From positions 1 to 32,557 of IMG/VR virus record IMGVR_UViG_3300018073_000016: 32,557 nucleotides of DNA. One strand, given 5' to 3'. The DNA is from a virus (Duplodnaviria; Caudoviricetes). Position 1 is the first letter of the stretch. Every line of letters begins with the position of its first letter. The position numbers and the translations under genes are program-made. Below, in pieces: positions 1-8,497 of the stretch. The notes under the pieces are model-generated. The model worked only from the letters and a program-made list of their open reading frames with translations. It did not search any database and had not been told where the DNA came from.

Positions 1-380
1 CCAAAGCGGGTGGCGCTGTTGGCCTCCGGCATCACCGTCCAGTTGCCCGCTACACGCCGACTGCGCCAGATGCGCGCCTGCGCTGTGGCATGGTCGGTCT
101 GTTGCGATTTGCTAAAGGTGGCGCCGTCGGCCTCAAAGTCGAAGTTGGCAGCCAGCGCCGCCGCCTTCTCTTCCCAGATTTCGGCCGCCGCCAGCGCCAG
201 GTCATAGGAGGGTATCCAGCCGGATTCGTCGGGGTAGACATCCTCCGGGTCAGCGACGGGATGGCGCTCGATGGCATCGACCAGCAGTGGATCGCTATAG
301 GTCGTCGTGCTTGGCTCGGCCACCATACGCCGCAAGCGCGCAATGTCAGCGGCGGATGTGCCGCCTACATAGCCGCTCAC
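1..380 (-). CDS. Putative head-tail adaptor/connector (runs off the left edge)
   Basis: Not in the ORF track. GTG at 380 overlaps the TGA of the upstream gene (GTGA). Hand translation MSGYVGGTSAADIARLRRMVAEPSTTTYSD...YDLALAAAEIWEEKAA...FDFEADGATFSKSQQ. Position after capsid genes and the YDLxxAAAxxW pattern fit adaptor proteins. Confidence 0.6.
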   Translation of the reverse strand, partial: MSGYVGGTSAADIARLRRMVAEPSTTTYSDPLLVDAIERHPVADPEDVYPDESGWIPSYDLALAAAEIWEEKAAALAANFDFEADGATFSKSQQTDHATAQARIWRSRRVAGNWTVMPEANSATRF

Positions 381-772
381 GGGTTCACCCGAATGTACGA
401 AATGTATAATCGGCCCCGAAAGCCGGTTGAATCGGCGCTGCCGGTCGCCGTGATATAGTCAGCCGCCGGCCATACCTGCACCGCACCTTTGGCGACGACC
501 GCCGCCATGCCATGATAGGCAGTAGCGGCAATGGCGCCGTTGATCGCCAATGCGGAAATCAGGTCGGCGTCGCTGGCGGTCGGGCTGGGGTTGACGCCGA
601 CATTGATATTGGCGGCGCCTGTGCTGGCGGTCTCGACGTAAAGCTTGACATCGGTGATGATCAGCGGCACGCCTTCCGGGTTGCGGACGAAACCGATTTC
701 ACCGCCGGCAAAAAGAGCAGCGCCGACCAGCGGAATCTCCAGATGACCACTGGCAAAGACCGGCGTTGTCAT
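377..772 (-). CDS. Virion structural protein, possible capsid decoration/cement protein
   Basis: 131 aa, beta-rich, ATGA-coupled directly downstream of the major capsid gene. Confidence 0.5.
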   Translation of the reverse strand: MTTPVFASGHLEIPLVGAALFAGGEIGFVRNPEGVPLIITDVKLYVETASTGAANINVGVNPSPTASDADLISALAINGAIAATAYHGMAAVVAKGAVQVWPAADYITATGSADSTGFRGRLYISYIRVNP

Positions 773-1734
773 GGTTGGAGCGCGGCAAAGGCCAGCCGCG
801 TGGACGGGGTCTGGTTGACGCGGTTGATTGGGTTGGGTAGCGCAAAGCCGAGGCGAATCACGGCGCGCAGGGCAACCATGTCCTGCTGCGGCAGGTTGTA
901 GATGACCAGCCCGCCGGCGTCGGTGATCACCGCCTGGTCAAGAATCTTAAAGGTGATATCCTGGCGCATCGCCCACACCAGTTGATCCCACTGCCCGCTG
1001 AAGAGCAGCGCCACCGTCGGGTCAATGCTGCCGTCGGTCGGGAAGAGGATCGGCGCGCCGTCCAAAGCGTAGCGGGTGTTTTCCTGCATCGTATTGACAA
1101 AGATCGGCTGGCCGGTGGCCGACTCACGCAGACCGCGCAGTTGTCCGCGCAGGGCGAGGGCGGCGATGTGACCATCGACCATATAGCCGTCTTCCTCAAC
1201 CTTGGCGATGACGCCGGTCGCCCCCATGATCTCGTCGTAGAGGTCGCCGGTATGCACCGACTGATCGACGATGTTGCCGGCGGCGGTAATCACGGCGAGT
1301 AAGCCGGCGCCGCCGAGGTTGGTTGTCCACGAAGCGGGAATGCCGGTGCCGAACAAAACGGCGCGGTTGATGGCGAAGTTGATGGCATCGACAATCGAAG
1401 GGCGAATCTCGGCCCAGATGTCATAGCCGGCATCGTCCAGCACCGCTTCGGGAATCGGCACGATAGCGGCGATTTCCTCAGCGTCGATGTATTTGTTGGC
1501 CCATTGCACTTCGGTCGTCTGCTTGAGGCCGGTGTCGCCGCTGACAAAGTAAGCGGTCGCTAAGGCGCTCATCACCGGCATCCGGGTACGGGAGGTCGGC
1601 ATGTCGGGTAGTCGCCGCGCCAGTTGCATCAGCGGGTTGGTTTGGGCGACCGTTTTCATAATCTCACGCGCCTCGCCCACCGGGATGAGCGCGGCAGCGT
1701 CGGTCGTGCGGTCGATGACAGAGTTATATGGCAC
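769..1734 (-). CDS. Major capsid protein (HK97 fold)
   Basis: 321 aa. Motifs LIP..AREIM, AYFVSG..GLKQTT, EEIAAIVPIPEAVLDDA, NLPQQDMVALRA. Follows the scaffold gene. Confidence 0.92.
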   Translation of the reverse strand: MPYNSVIDRTTDAAALIPVGEAREIMKTVAQTNPLMQLARRLPDMPTSRTRMPVMSALATAYFVSGDTGLKQTTEVQWANKYIDAEEIAAIVPIPEAVLDDAGYDIWAEIRPSIVDAINFAINRAVLFGTGIPASWTTNLGGAGLLAVITAAGNIVDQSVHTGDLYDEIMGATGVIAKVEEDGYMVDGHIAALALRGQLRGLRESATGQPIFVNTMQENTRYALDGAPILFPTDGSIDPTVALLFSGQWDQLVWAMRQDITFKILDQAVITDAGGLVIYNLPQQDMVALRAVIRLGFALPNPINRVNQTPSTRLAFAALQP

Positions 1735-1746
1735 TTGAAGCTATCC

Positions 1747-2283
1747 TTATCTGCGCCCACTTGCGGCGCGTATGAAGTCGTTCATGGATGGGCCGGCGGG
1801 CGGCGAGTTGCTGCCTACGCCGGCGTTGCCGTTGGGAATCGTCTTGCGCCCAAAGAGTTCAGGCGCCGCCGCTTTGATCGCCGGCCAGTCGGGGTCGCCG
1901 CGTTTGGTAAACAATCCTTCGGCGCTCGCCACCAGGAAAGCGGCGCGTGGATTGCTGCAGGCGATCTCGGCGCGGCCAGCTTCTTCGTAGAAGGCGGCTC
2001 GTTGCTCGGCCTGCTCAAGCCGGCTGGACATCTCGCCCAGCGTCTTTTCGGCCTCGCTGCCCTTTTCGGCTTTGGCCGTCAGGTCACGCAGTTGCTTGGA
2101 GAATTCCTTGCGCTGGCTGCGCTCTGACTCCAGAGCGTTCTTGAGCGCGGCGGTATGGGCATCTAGCCCGCTGCGAACCTGGTCGGGCTGCTCGCCTAGC
2201 CAGGAATCAAAGTCAAAGGGTGCTTGTTGTTCTGTTTGGGGTTGTTGTTGCGCCGCATCTTGCGGAGTTGATTCGTCCGGCAT
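1747..2283 (-). CDS. Capsid scaffolding protein
   Basis: 178 aa with a Q-rich N-terminus, coiled coil (LKNALESERSQRKE) and C-terminal MNDFIRAASGR, immediately upstream of the capsid gene. Confidence 0.8.
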   Translation of the reverse strand: MPDESTPQDAAQQQPQTEQQAPFDFDSWLGEQPDQVRSGLDAHTAALKNALESERSQRKEFSKQLRDLTAKAEKGSEAEKTLGEMSSRLEQAEQRAAFYEEAGRAEIACSNPRAAFLVASAEGLFTKRGDPDWPAIKAAAPELFGRKTIPNGNAGVGSNSPPAGPSMNDFIRAASGRR

Positions 2284-2300
2284 CTCGCCTCGCTTGTGGC

Positions 2301-2341
2301 AAATAAAAAACGCCCACCGGCCATTGCTGGCTCGTGGGCGT
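2301..2341 (-). terminator. Hairpin plus U-tract in the scaffold/capsid leader
   Basis: Minus strand ACGCCCAC...GTGGGCGT followed by TTTTTATTT, ending about 18 nt before the scaffold ATG. Confidence 0.65.
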
Positions 2342-2377
2342 CGTGCGCTCTAGGAATATTTAATTTCTGTTGCGTAT

Positions 2378-2406
2378 ATCCTACTCTATATCCACTGCGA
2401 TTTCAA
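2378..2406 (-). promoter_or_regulatory. Sigma70-like promoter for the capsid operon
   Basis: Minus strand TTGAAA (2406-2401), 17 bp spacer, TAGGAT (2383-2378), then an AT-rich stretch. Confidence 0.5.
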
Positions 2407-2602
2407 GACTGGAGAGTTTGACCACATACTCACGCAGATCAAAGATGGCCGTCTCACCGTTGCGCCGCACTTCCAGCAGCAGCAGCCGCCCGTCGATGCG
2501 CGCACAGAGCTTGCCGCGCTCGTCACGCAACTCCGTCCAGACGACGGTCGTGGATGCGGCGACAATGGCCGGTTGGGCTCCGCCCCGTATCCGATCGGTC
2601 AC
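2381..2602 (-). CDS. Small protein, possible degenerate Com-like regulator
   Basis: Likely start GTG 2602 (GTGA overlap with the minor head gene), 73 aa. WTELRDERGKLCARID...LEVRR resembles the Com-type ELRCxxCGKLL...EIKC pattern without most cysteines. Confidence 0.45.
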   Translation of the reverse strand: MTDRIRGGAQPAIVAASTTVVWTELRDERGKLCARIDGRLLLLEVRRNGETAIFDLREYVVKLSSLEIAVDIE

Positions 2603-3582
2603 GGCGCCAACTCCCGAAGCGGCACGCTCCGCAAGGTCGGCCCCCATGTGGCATTGGGCACAATCTGCACGCTGTCCTGTAGCTCAAACTGGCCCAGCCG
2701 CCACGCCTCATATTTGCCCTTGCCCATAATCGACTCCTGCGTGGCGCTATCCTGGCTACGTAGCCAGTCCTCGCCGCGCTGCCACTCAGGTTCAGGTTGG
2801 CCGCGTACAATCGGGATCAGCGCGCATCGGCAATTGGGATGGCTCGGCATTAGCTCGTCGGTCGCATACTTGGTGCCTTCTAGGAGTATGCAGTTGAGGC
2901 ACGTCCGCCGGTCGTGGGCGGCGATGCGCGTATAGCTGGTGACGATGCCGGATGCGATGTACTGCTGGCGGTTCGACTCGTTGTAAACACGGAGCTGCTC
3001 CGTGCGGGCTATCGTCAGCATCCGGTCGAGGCTGCCGGTCATGCCCTCGGCCATCAGCTTGGCGGTCTTGCGCGGCCCCCAACCCAGCGCCACGCCATCG
3101 ACAAGCGCCTGTGTTAAGCCTTGCGCGCTCAAAGGCCATGACTGTACCAAGATGCTATTTAATGGCGTGCCTGCGCCCGTCAGGCCGACCATGTGCTGTA
3201 CGGCGCTGACGGGCAGGCGGTTGAAGGTCGTGGCAACCTGGGCGCTGATGGCCTGGGCGCCGTGGCTGATGCCGGCTGTCGCCATTGCCTGCTGGCCGTC
3301 GCTGATCGTGCTGTTGGCGTAGGCGGTGTATGTCCTTAGCTCGTCGTGGAGTTGCACCAGCAGTTGTTGGTAGCGCACCTCGCCCAGCAGCAGGTTGGGC
3401 GTGACCACGCCGCCGCTCGCCGTAATCTCGGCCATGCGAAAGGCCAACGCCTCGATCTGGCCCATCAGGCGCCGCTCGACGCCAAGCCAACGGCGCGCCA
3501 TCTCGGCCTGTTGGGCGCTGCCGGCGCGGGCGATGCCGGCTTTGAACTGGCGCATAAGGCTGACTACGGTTGACTCAGGCAT
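2599..3582 (-). CDS. Minor head morphogenesis protein (SPP1 gp7 / Mu gpF family)
   Basis: 327 aa with IARTE, D.RTC..C..L.G and HPNCRC motifs, downstream of portal. Confidence 0.88.
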   Translation of the reverse strand: MPESTVVSLMRQFKAGIARAGSAQQAEMARRWLGVERRLMGQIEALAFRMAEITASGGVVTPNLLLGEVRYQQLLVQLHDELRTYTAYANSTISDGQQAMATAGISHGAQAISAQVATTFNRLPVSAVQHMVGLTGAGTPLNSILVQSWPLSAQGLTQALVDGVALGWGPRKTAKLMAEGMTGSLDRMLTIARTEQLRVYNESNRQQYIASGIVTSYTRIAAHDRRTCLNCILLEGTKYATDELMPSHPNCRCALIPIVRGQPEPEWQRGEDWLRSQDSATQESIMGKGKYEAWRLGQFELQDSVQIVPNATWGPTLRSVPLRELAP

Positions 3583-3830
3583 TATTTCTTGGCGTCCACG
3601 GCTCTCGCCCGCTTCGCTGCCGCCGGCGCATACTTCGCCGCCCGGTTGATGATGTTCCTACGCGCTGCGCTACTCTTGGCATGGCCGCGCAGCTTGATGG
3701 CGGAGACGGCGCTCTTACGGTCGAAGACAGGAAACTTCTTGCCCTTGCCCACGCCATGCTTGCGCCGCGCCGCTGCCGAGACGCCGCCCGAACGGGTGCG
3801 ATTCGCTTTGGTTCCTCTACGCTTCGCCAT
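3582..3830 (-). CDS. Small, very basic hypothetical protein (DUF6582-like KFPV core)
   Basis: 82 aa, K/R/A-rich, KKFPVFDRKSAVSAIKL. Overlaps the portal stop and abuts the minor head ATG. Confidence 0.65.
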   Translation of the reverse strand: MAKRRGTKANRTRSGGVSAAARRKHGVGKGKKFPVFDRKSAVSAIKLRGHAKSSAARRNIINRAAKYAPAAAKRARAVDAKK

Positions 3831-5223
3831 TGCCGTTCACCGCTATTGCGGCCCCATTCTGTTGTGCTGTCGCACCATTCTGGTCGAAGTTTCTCTGAGC
3901 ATTCGTCAGCGCCGTCGCCAAGTTCTGCTGCTGCGCGCCCTGTTCCTCGCCAATCGCATCCTCCAGCTCGGCCAGCTCCTGCTCGGTATAGCCTTCCTGT
4001 TGCATCTGCCACAGCAGCGGGATACCGGCCGCCACGCTCTCCTTGCGGATCAGCGCCTGCGTGTAGGGCTGTACCGTCTCCGGCTCGTCAAAGATCGGGA
4101 TGATGGCGTTGTCGTCAACAAGACCCATGCCGGCCACGAGCATCATAAACTGTGCCACCTCGCTCCAGTTGGCAATCCAGCGCGTGATGTACTTTTGCGC
4201 CTTGTGATTGAGCGGCGCTTCCATCGCAATCAGGGCTTCGCCCGACGGGTCGCCGCCCTGCCCGAAGAAGTAGTGTTTGGGCGTCCTCGATATGATGGCA
4301 ATCGCCGTCGTCCACTTGTCGATGGCTTGCAAATAGTTGCTCAGTTCGGTGGAAGCAAACTGGCCGACGCTTGTCGGCTGCTCTTCCTTGCCGGAAGCGC
4401 CGGGTATATCCCAGATGGCATTCGGAGAATTCTTGAACTTGCCCGGCTCGGCCAGACTGATGATGTATCGCTGCGGGAAGGCGCCAAACTCAGCGGCGAT
4501 CATCATATCGGCCAGAATCTTGTTGACGGCATCCTGTGGCCCCAGTACGTTCTGGAGTTCGCTGGTAATCACGCGCCGCTCCCGCCGGAAGTGAAAGACG
4601 GGGATGGTACCGTAGGGATTCGGTTCACTGTCAACACGCACAAAGCTCTTGCCGTTGGATACCTCGTTCCACAGGCCGTTATGGTCGTCAGAACGTATAG
4701 CATTGGTGCTGCGGTAATACTCCAGCCGGTCGGCATAGTAGAGCGTCAGCAGCCGGTGGTCGTCATCGCCGACCCACCACTTGACGGCAAAGCGTTTGCG
4801 GCGCGGCTTGTCGGCCTCATAGAAGAGATGCACGTTGCGGCTGTCGTTGTAATAGGCTTCAGGCTGAGCCGTCTCTTCATCCGGCCAGACCAGCACATAC
4901 GATTCGCCGGTGACGAGCGAGGCCAGATGCACGTCCTCTGATTCGAGGATCAGCTCAGACGAGCCGAGCAGCAGCGCCAGGGCGTCGGTCGCCGCCTCGT
5001 CATCAGCGACCAGGATGCGCTGAAGCTGGATGCGGTCGGCCACGCTATCGACGACGACCGCGCACCAGTTCTGCTGGAAGGTGGCGCTCAGATTCTGGAA
5101 TAGCTCGTTGAGTTGGCGGCTGGCATAGACCAGCGGCTGGTAGCCCTGGTAATAGTTCCAAAGCCGTGTATAGCGCGGCGCTTTATAGAGCAGCGTGGCG
5201 ACGGCCAGTTCGATGTCATCCAT
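3817..5223 (-). CDS. Portal protein (SPP1 gp6-like)
   Basis: 468 aa with YYQGYQ, NWCAVVVDSVADR, NPYGTIPVFHF, QDAVNK, AFPQRY and SGEAL motifs. Follows TerL. Confidence 0.92.
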   Translation of the reverse strand: MDDIELAVATLLYKAPRYTRLWNYYQGYQPLVYASRQLNELFQNLSATFQQNWCAVVVDSVADRIQLQRILVADDEAATDALALLLGSSELILESEDVHLASLVTGESYVLVWPDEETAQPEAYYNDSRNVHLFYEADKPRRKRFAVKWWVGDDDHRLLTLYYADRLEYYRSTNAIRSDDHNGLWNEVSNGKSFVRVDSEPNPYGTIPVFHFRRERRVITSELQNVLGPQDAVNKILADMMIAAEFGAFPQRYIISLAEPGKFKNSPNAIWDIPGASGKEEQPTSVGQFASTELSNYLQAIDKWTTAIAIISRTPKHYFFGQGGDPSGEALIAMEAPLNHKAQKYITRWIANWSEVAQFMMLVAGMGLVDDNAIIPIFDEPETVQPYTQALIRKESVAAGIPLLWQMQQEGYTEQELAELEDAIGEEQGAQQQNLATALTNAQRNFDQNGATAQQNGAAIAVNGNGEA

Positions 5224-6511
5224 TATAGACTCCTCCTGTGCGGCGTGGTGGCTTGCCGTCTAAGTACATTACAGCGTATCTGAGCGCATCGACCCCGTGG
5301 TCATTCAGCTTGAGCGGTTCCTCTTTGTCGGGCCGGCCGTCGGGCGTCGTCTGCCAAACATAGCCCGGCAGCTCCTGCTCGGTGCAGGTCGGCTTGTGCG
5401 CATCGGATAGCGAACCGTCCCGTTCGACCAGTGCGCTCTTGAGCAGGAAGAGGCGCGGCCTGTCATCATGCCCGCGTGCCAAGCGTGCCTGCACCGCCTG
5501 GATGCCGCGTGACACGTCCTTAATCGCCGGCACGCTAGATATACCGCATTGCCTCAGCGTGGCCCTGTCCTCGGCGTCGTGGTCGCAGACAGTCGCCTCG
5601 TAGGATTCGCCCTGCGACAAGAGATTGATTTTGGCGGCATGTTCGGTCACGGTACGTTTGGTCATGTAGATTTCCCGGTAGCGATACGCTCTGCCGTCGC
5701 CGTCAATCGCCCACCATTGGCAGACAAAAGCGTTGACATAGCCGAAGTCGATCACGCGCAGCTTGCGCCAGTTCTGCCAACCGTCGGGCATCCTGTCAAT
5801 CATGTGCAGCGCATCGCTCCAGGTGTCATAGACCACGCCCTCGGCCTGCACCCACATCCCTTCCCGCAGCCGCATCCCCAAGACGCCGGTGATACTTTGA
5901 AGAGTAGCGATATACTCTGGTGGCAAGTAGGGATTGTCACGGGCGGCGCTGTAATGCACACTGGCCTCGCCGCCGTCGATGAGGCGTGTCTTAATCCAGT
6001 GCAGCGGGCTATCCGGGTTGGTCGTATAAAGGATTTGCCGCCAAGAGGCTGCATTGCCGCGTAGCCGTCCCAACAGTTCGTTGTGGTCATCCTCGGTCAA
6101 GGCGTTGGCTTCCTCACCCCAGATCATATCAGCAGCGCCGTCGCCGTTGATGCTGCGTAGCGCCTGCCGTTGGCCTTCATCCTTCATGCCGGCGATAAAG
6201 ATGCGGCTGCCGTTGGCGTAGTGGAATACGAGGTCGGCGGCGTTGTAGCGCACGGACGGGTCATCGCCTATCGCCGTCTTGAGCGCATAGACGACCGATT
6301 TGCTGGCGAACTCACGCGCCTTGCGTAAGGCGATGCCGGTCGAGGATGGATATTTCAACATAAAGCCATGTATTTTCTCAGCCGCTGCCCGGCTCTTGCC
6401 GCCACCGGCAGAGCCGCCATAGACGCAGACCTGCGCCTTGTCCCGCCAGGCGGTCACTTGCCAGGGCATCGGGCTATAGGTCGCTGTCAGTTGTATCTTC
6501 GTTCCATTCAT
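5216..6511 (-). CDS. terL: Terminase large subunit (PBSX-like)
   Basis: Walker A GGSAGGGKS, Walker B WGEEA, coupling motif TTNP, nuclease DFG and DHGVDALRY. Confidence 0.95.
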   Translation of the reverse strand: MNGTKIQLTATYSPMPWQVTAWRDKAQVCVYGGSAGGGKSRAAAEKIHGFMLKYPSSTGIALRKAREFASKSVVYALKTAIGDDPSVRYNAADLVFHYANGSRIFIAGMKDEGQRQALRSINGDGAADMIWGEEANALTEDDHNELLGRLRGNAASWRQILYTTNPDSPLHWIKTRLIDGGEASVHYSAARDNPYLPPEYIATLQSITGVLGMRLREGMWVQAEGVVYDTWSDALHMIDRMPDGWQNWRKLRVIDFGYVNAFVCQWWAIDGDGRAYRYREIYMTKRTVTEHAAKINLLSQGESYEATVCDHDAEDRATLRQCGISSVPAIKDVSRGIQAVQARLARGHDDRPRLFLLKSALVERDGSLSDAHKPTCTEQELPGYVWQTTPDGRPDKEEPLKLNDHGVDALRYAVMYLDGKPPRRTGGVYNG

Positions 6512-6866
6512 CCGGCGTTACCTGTACATATCCTTTGACAATCGCCACATTGATCGGCCCGCCCTCCGGCCCGCTGATTTCCGTCCCCGTCGTATAGCCG
6601 CGTTTCTTGCCGCGTGTGCTGAGCAGGTACTTGACCATGCCCTCGTTGCCGTCCATCACCGCCTGGTACAATTTGAGTTCGCCGATGTCAACTAGCTTCT
6701 CACGCTGCGTTTCGATTTCGTCACGCACCGACTTATAGCGCTCGGCATAGTTGAGAACGGTTTCGGGATGGCAGCCGATGCGGTCAGCGGCCAGATAGAC
6801 CATGCCCTTCGTCTCCTTGAGCGCGGCGATCATCTGCGCCGCTGTGTACTTTTCCTTACGTGCCAT
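6474..6866 (-). CDS. terS: Terminase small subunit (HTH)
   Basis: 130 aa. ALKETKGMVYLAADRIGC HTH, YLLSTRGKKRGY, EISGPEGGPI. Overlaps the TerL start. Confidence 0.75.
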   Translation of the reverse strand: MARKEKYTAAQMIAALKETKGMVYLAADRIGCHPETVLNYAERYKSVRDEIETQREKLVDIGELKLYQAVMDGNEGMVKYLLSTRGKKRGYTTGTEISGPEGGPINVAIVKGYVQVTPDEWNEDTTDSDL

Positions 6867-6926
6867 GTTCTAGGAACCGCTTTGCAAGATGCTGTCGCGG
6901 AAAATCGAATAATTGATCATCTCCGT

Positions 6927-6965
6927 TTGACAGTATATACAGACGACGTTATACTGTATATACAG
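6927..6965 (+). promoter_or_regulatory. Near-consensus sigma70 promoter with paired operator-like palindromes
   Basis: TTGACA (6927-6932), 17 bp, TATACT (6950-6955). CAGTATATACAG at 6931-6942 and the perfect palindrome CTGTATATACAG at 6954-6965. Confidence 0.75.
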
Positions 6966-7068
6966 AGGCGAACGTGAACCGGTGAAGCATAGGAACCTGA
7001 CGGGAATCGCTGCAAGCCGCATCTTATTGACACTCAATCATTAATTGCTCACATGAAAGGTAATACCC

Positions 7069-7482
7069 ATGTACTCTACCCGCAGCAAGAAGGACATTAT
7101 CAAAGACGCACGCGCCACCCTCAAGAAGGCGCTGCCCGGCTGGACATTCAGCCTCACGCAACCTCATTACGGCAGCTTCGACCTCAATCTGATGAGCGGC
7201 CCCGTTGACGCTCTTTTGCCTAGCGAAGGCTGGAAAGACGGCGGCTATGCCCAACTCAATCACTATAGCCTCATGGATGATTCCCGCAGCGTCGAAGATC
7301 GCTGCCATTGCAACGGCGCACAGTTGACGAGAGAAGCGTTTACAGCCGTCTACATGGCAACCAAGATTGTCAACGCCGAGAACTGGGACGAGTCCGATAG
7401 TCAAACTGACTATTTTCATTGCAACTATTACCTGCATGTCTCGGTCGGTAAATGGGATCGCCCGTACAAGGTGAGTGCCTAA
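7069..7482 (+). CDS. LPD29-like (large polyvalent protein-associated domain 29) protein
   Basis: RBS GAAAGG. LKKALPGWTFSL...SGP and NWDESDSQTDYFHCNYYLHVSVGKWDRPY match the LPD29 pattern as I recall it. Confidence 0.65.
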   Translation: MYSTRSKKDIIKDARATLKKALPGWTFSLTQPHYGSFDLNLMSGPVDALLPSEGWKDGGYAQLNHYSLMDDSRSVEDRCHCNGAQLTREAFTAVYMATKIVNAENWDESDSQTDYFHCNYYLHVSVGKWDRPYKVSA

Positions 7483-7678
7483 TATGCCACCGACCAAGCA
7501 CCACATCATTCGCCTATCTGATGAGAACTGGATACTACTCGCCGCGGTGTTTCGGCGAGTAGTACCGATTGAACGATTACCCGCCCACGTCAACCCTGAT
7601 AGTGATTGGCAGATCACCGAAGGGTTGCGCATGATCGCAAGTGGTGAGTTAATCATTCATCTCTCCACGTTTGACTAG
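7475..7678 (+). CDS. Small putative DNA-binding protein (RHH-like N-terminus)
   Basis: TKHHIIRLSDENW strand-then-helix pattern, coupled to the LPD29-like gene. The start may be the ATG at 7484. Confidence 0.45.
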   Translation: MPNMPPTKHHIIRLSDENWILLAAVFRRVVPIERLPAHVNPDSDWQITEGLRMIASGELIIHLSTFD

Positions 7679-8497
7679 CATCATTCCGTATTCATTCGCC
7701 CCTTTAGGAATAACAAGACCTGGCTTGAGCAGGAGTCTATTTTTCTTGAAGGGGCGATAATCTACCTGGTGTTGCCAACGCCCCCATTTGAAAGTGATAG
7801 TTGTAACGTCTGGGTGCTTCTGCCTCAATTCCTCAGCCATCTTCCAACGGCCATCGCCCTGATAATGGGGCGTCATACCGCCTTTGACGGTCATAGTCAC
7901 CGCCTTTTCAATCAGAAAAGTATTAAACAGTATCGTACAGAGTCCATTCTTGAGAACACGCAGACGCAAATCGGTATCGTCGTTATAGAACCCCTCATTG
8001 CGAAATGGCTTGCCGTTGCGGTCGCGGGCATCAGTTTCGATAAGCATATTCGAGTAGACGCGTGTATTGAGATAAAATGGCGGCCGCTTTGACCTTGCGG
8101 GCATAAAAAACCTGTAGTGCATGCCCGCAATAGGAACGTTGCTATAACGTTCGACAAAATCCTCCATAGCGCAGAGTGACGTTCCCGACGCTATCGGTAC
8201 TCTTAGACCACGATTCCAGCGATAGATGCCCTTTATGTTATCGTCCATCGTCCAGAAGCGCGGCGTACCCGAAGCGAGTGCATAATCCCAAATATAGTTG
8301 CGTGTCACTACTAGACCTTTGTCACTATGAGGCAATGTGATGATTTTTCTCTCGTCTATCACGGCTGCATAGTTGTCAAACTCTTGAGGCTCAACAAAAA
8401 CCGTATAAGGAACATTGATTCTATCAAGCTCCTTGACCGTTAGACGGCTATCCCATCTTCCCTTGCTAGGTATGTAAATCGGGTATCTAGGATTCAT
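7649..8497 (-). CDS. GREB1-like / TET-associated-type (TAGT) GT-A glycosyltransferase
   Basis: YPIYIPSKGR, VEPQEFDNY, RNYIWD, FWTMDDNI, RVYSNMLI, YNDDTDL, KGGMT and RWQHQVDY motifs. Lower GC than the flanks. Confidence 0.8.
   Translation of the reverse strand: MNPRYPIYIPSKGRWDSRLTVKELDRINVPYTVFVEPQEFDNYAAVIDERKIITLPHSDKGLVVTRNYIWDYALASGTPRFWTMDDNIKGIYRWNRGLRVPIASGTSLCAMEDFVERYSNVPIAGMHYRFFMPARSKRPPFYLNTRVYSNMLIETDARDRNGKPFRNEGFYNDDTDLRLRVLKNGLCTILFNTFLIEKAVTMTVKGGMTPHYQGDGRWKMAEELRQKHPDVTTITFKWGRWQHQVDYRPFKKNRLLLKPGLVIPKGANEYGMMLVKRGEMND

Noticed and set aside
3589-4941. 450-aa plus-strand ORF
   Set aside because: Antisense shadow of the portal gene in GC-rich DNA, with no recognisable motifs or RBS.
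6931-6965. LexA SOS box
   Set aside because: The palindrome is CTG-N6-CAG, not the CTG-N10-CAG proteobacterial box, and does not match GAAC-N4-GTTC.
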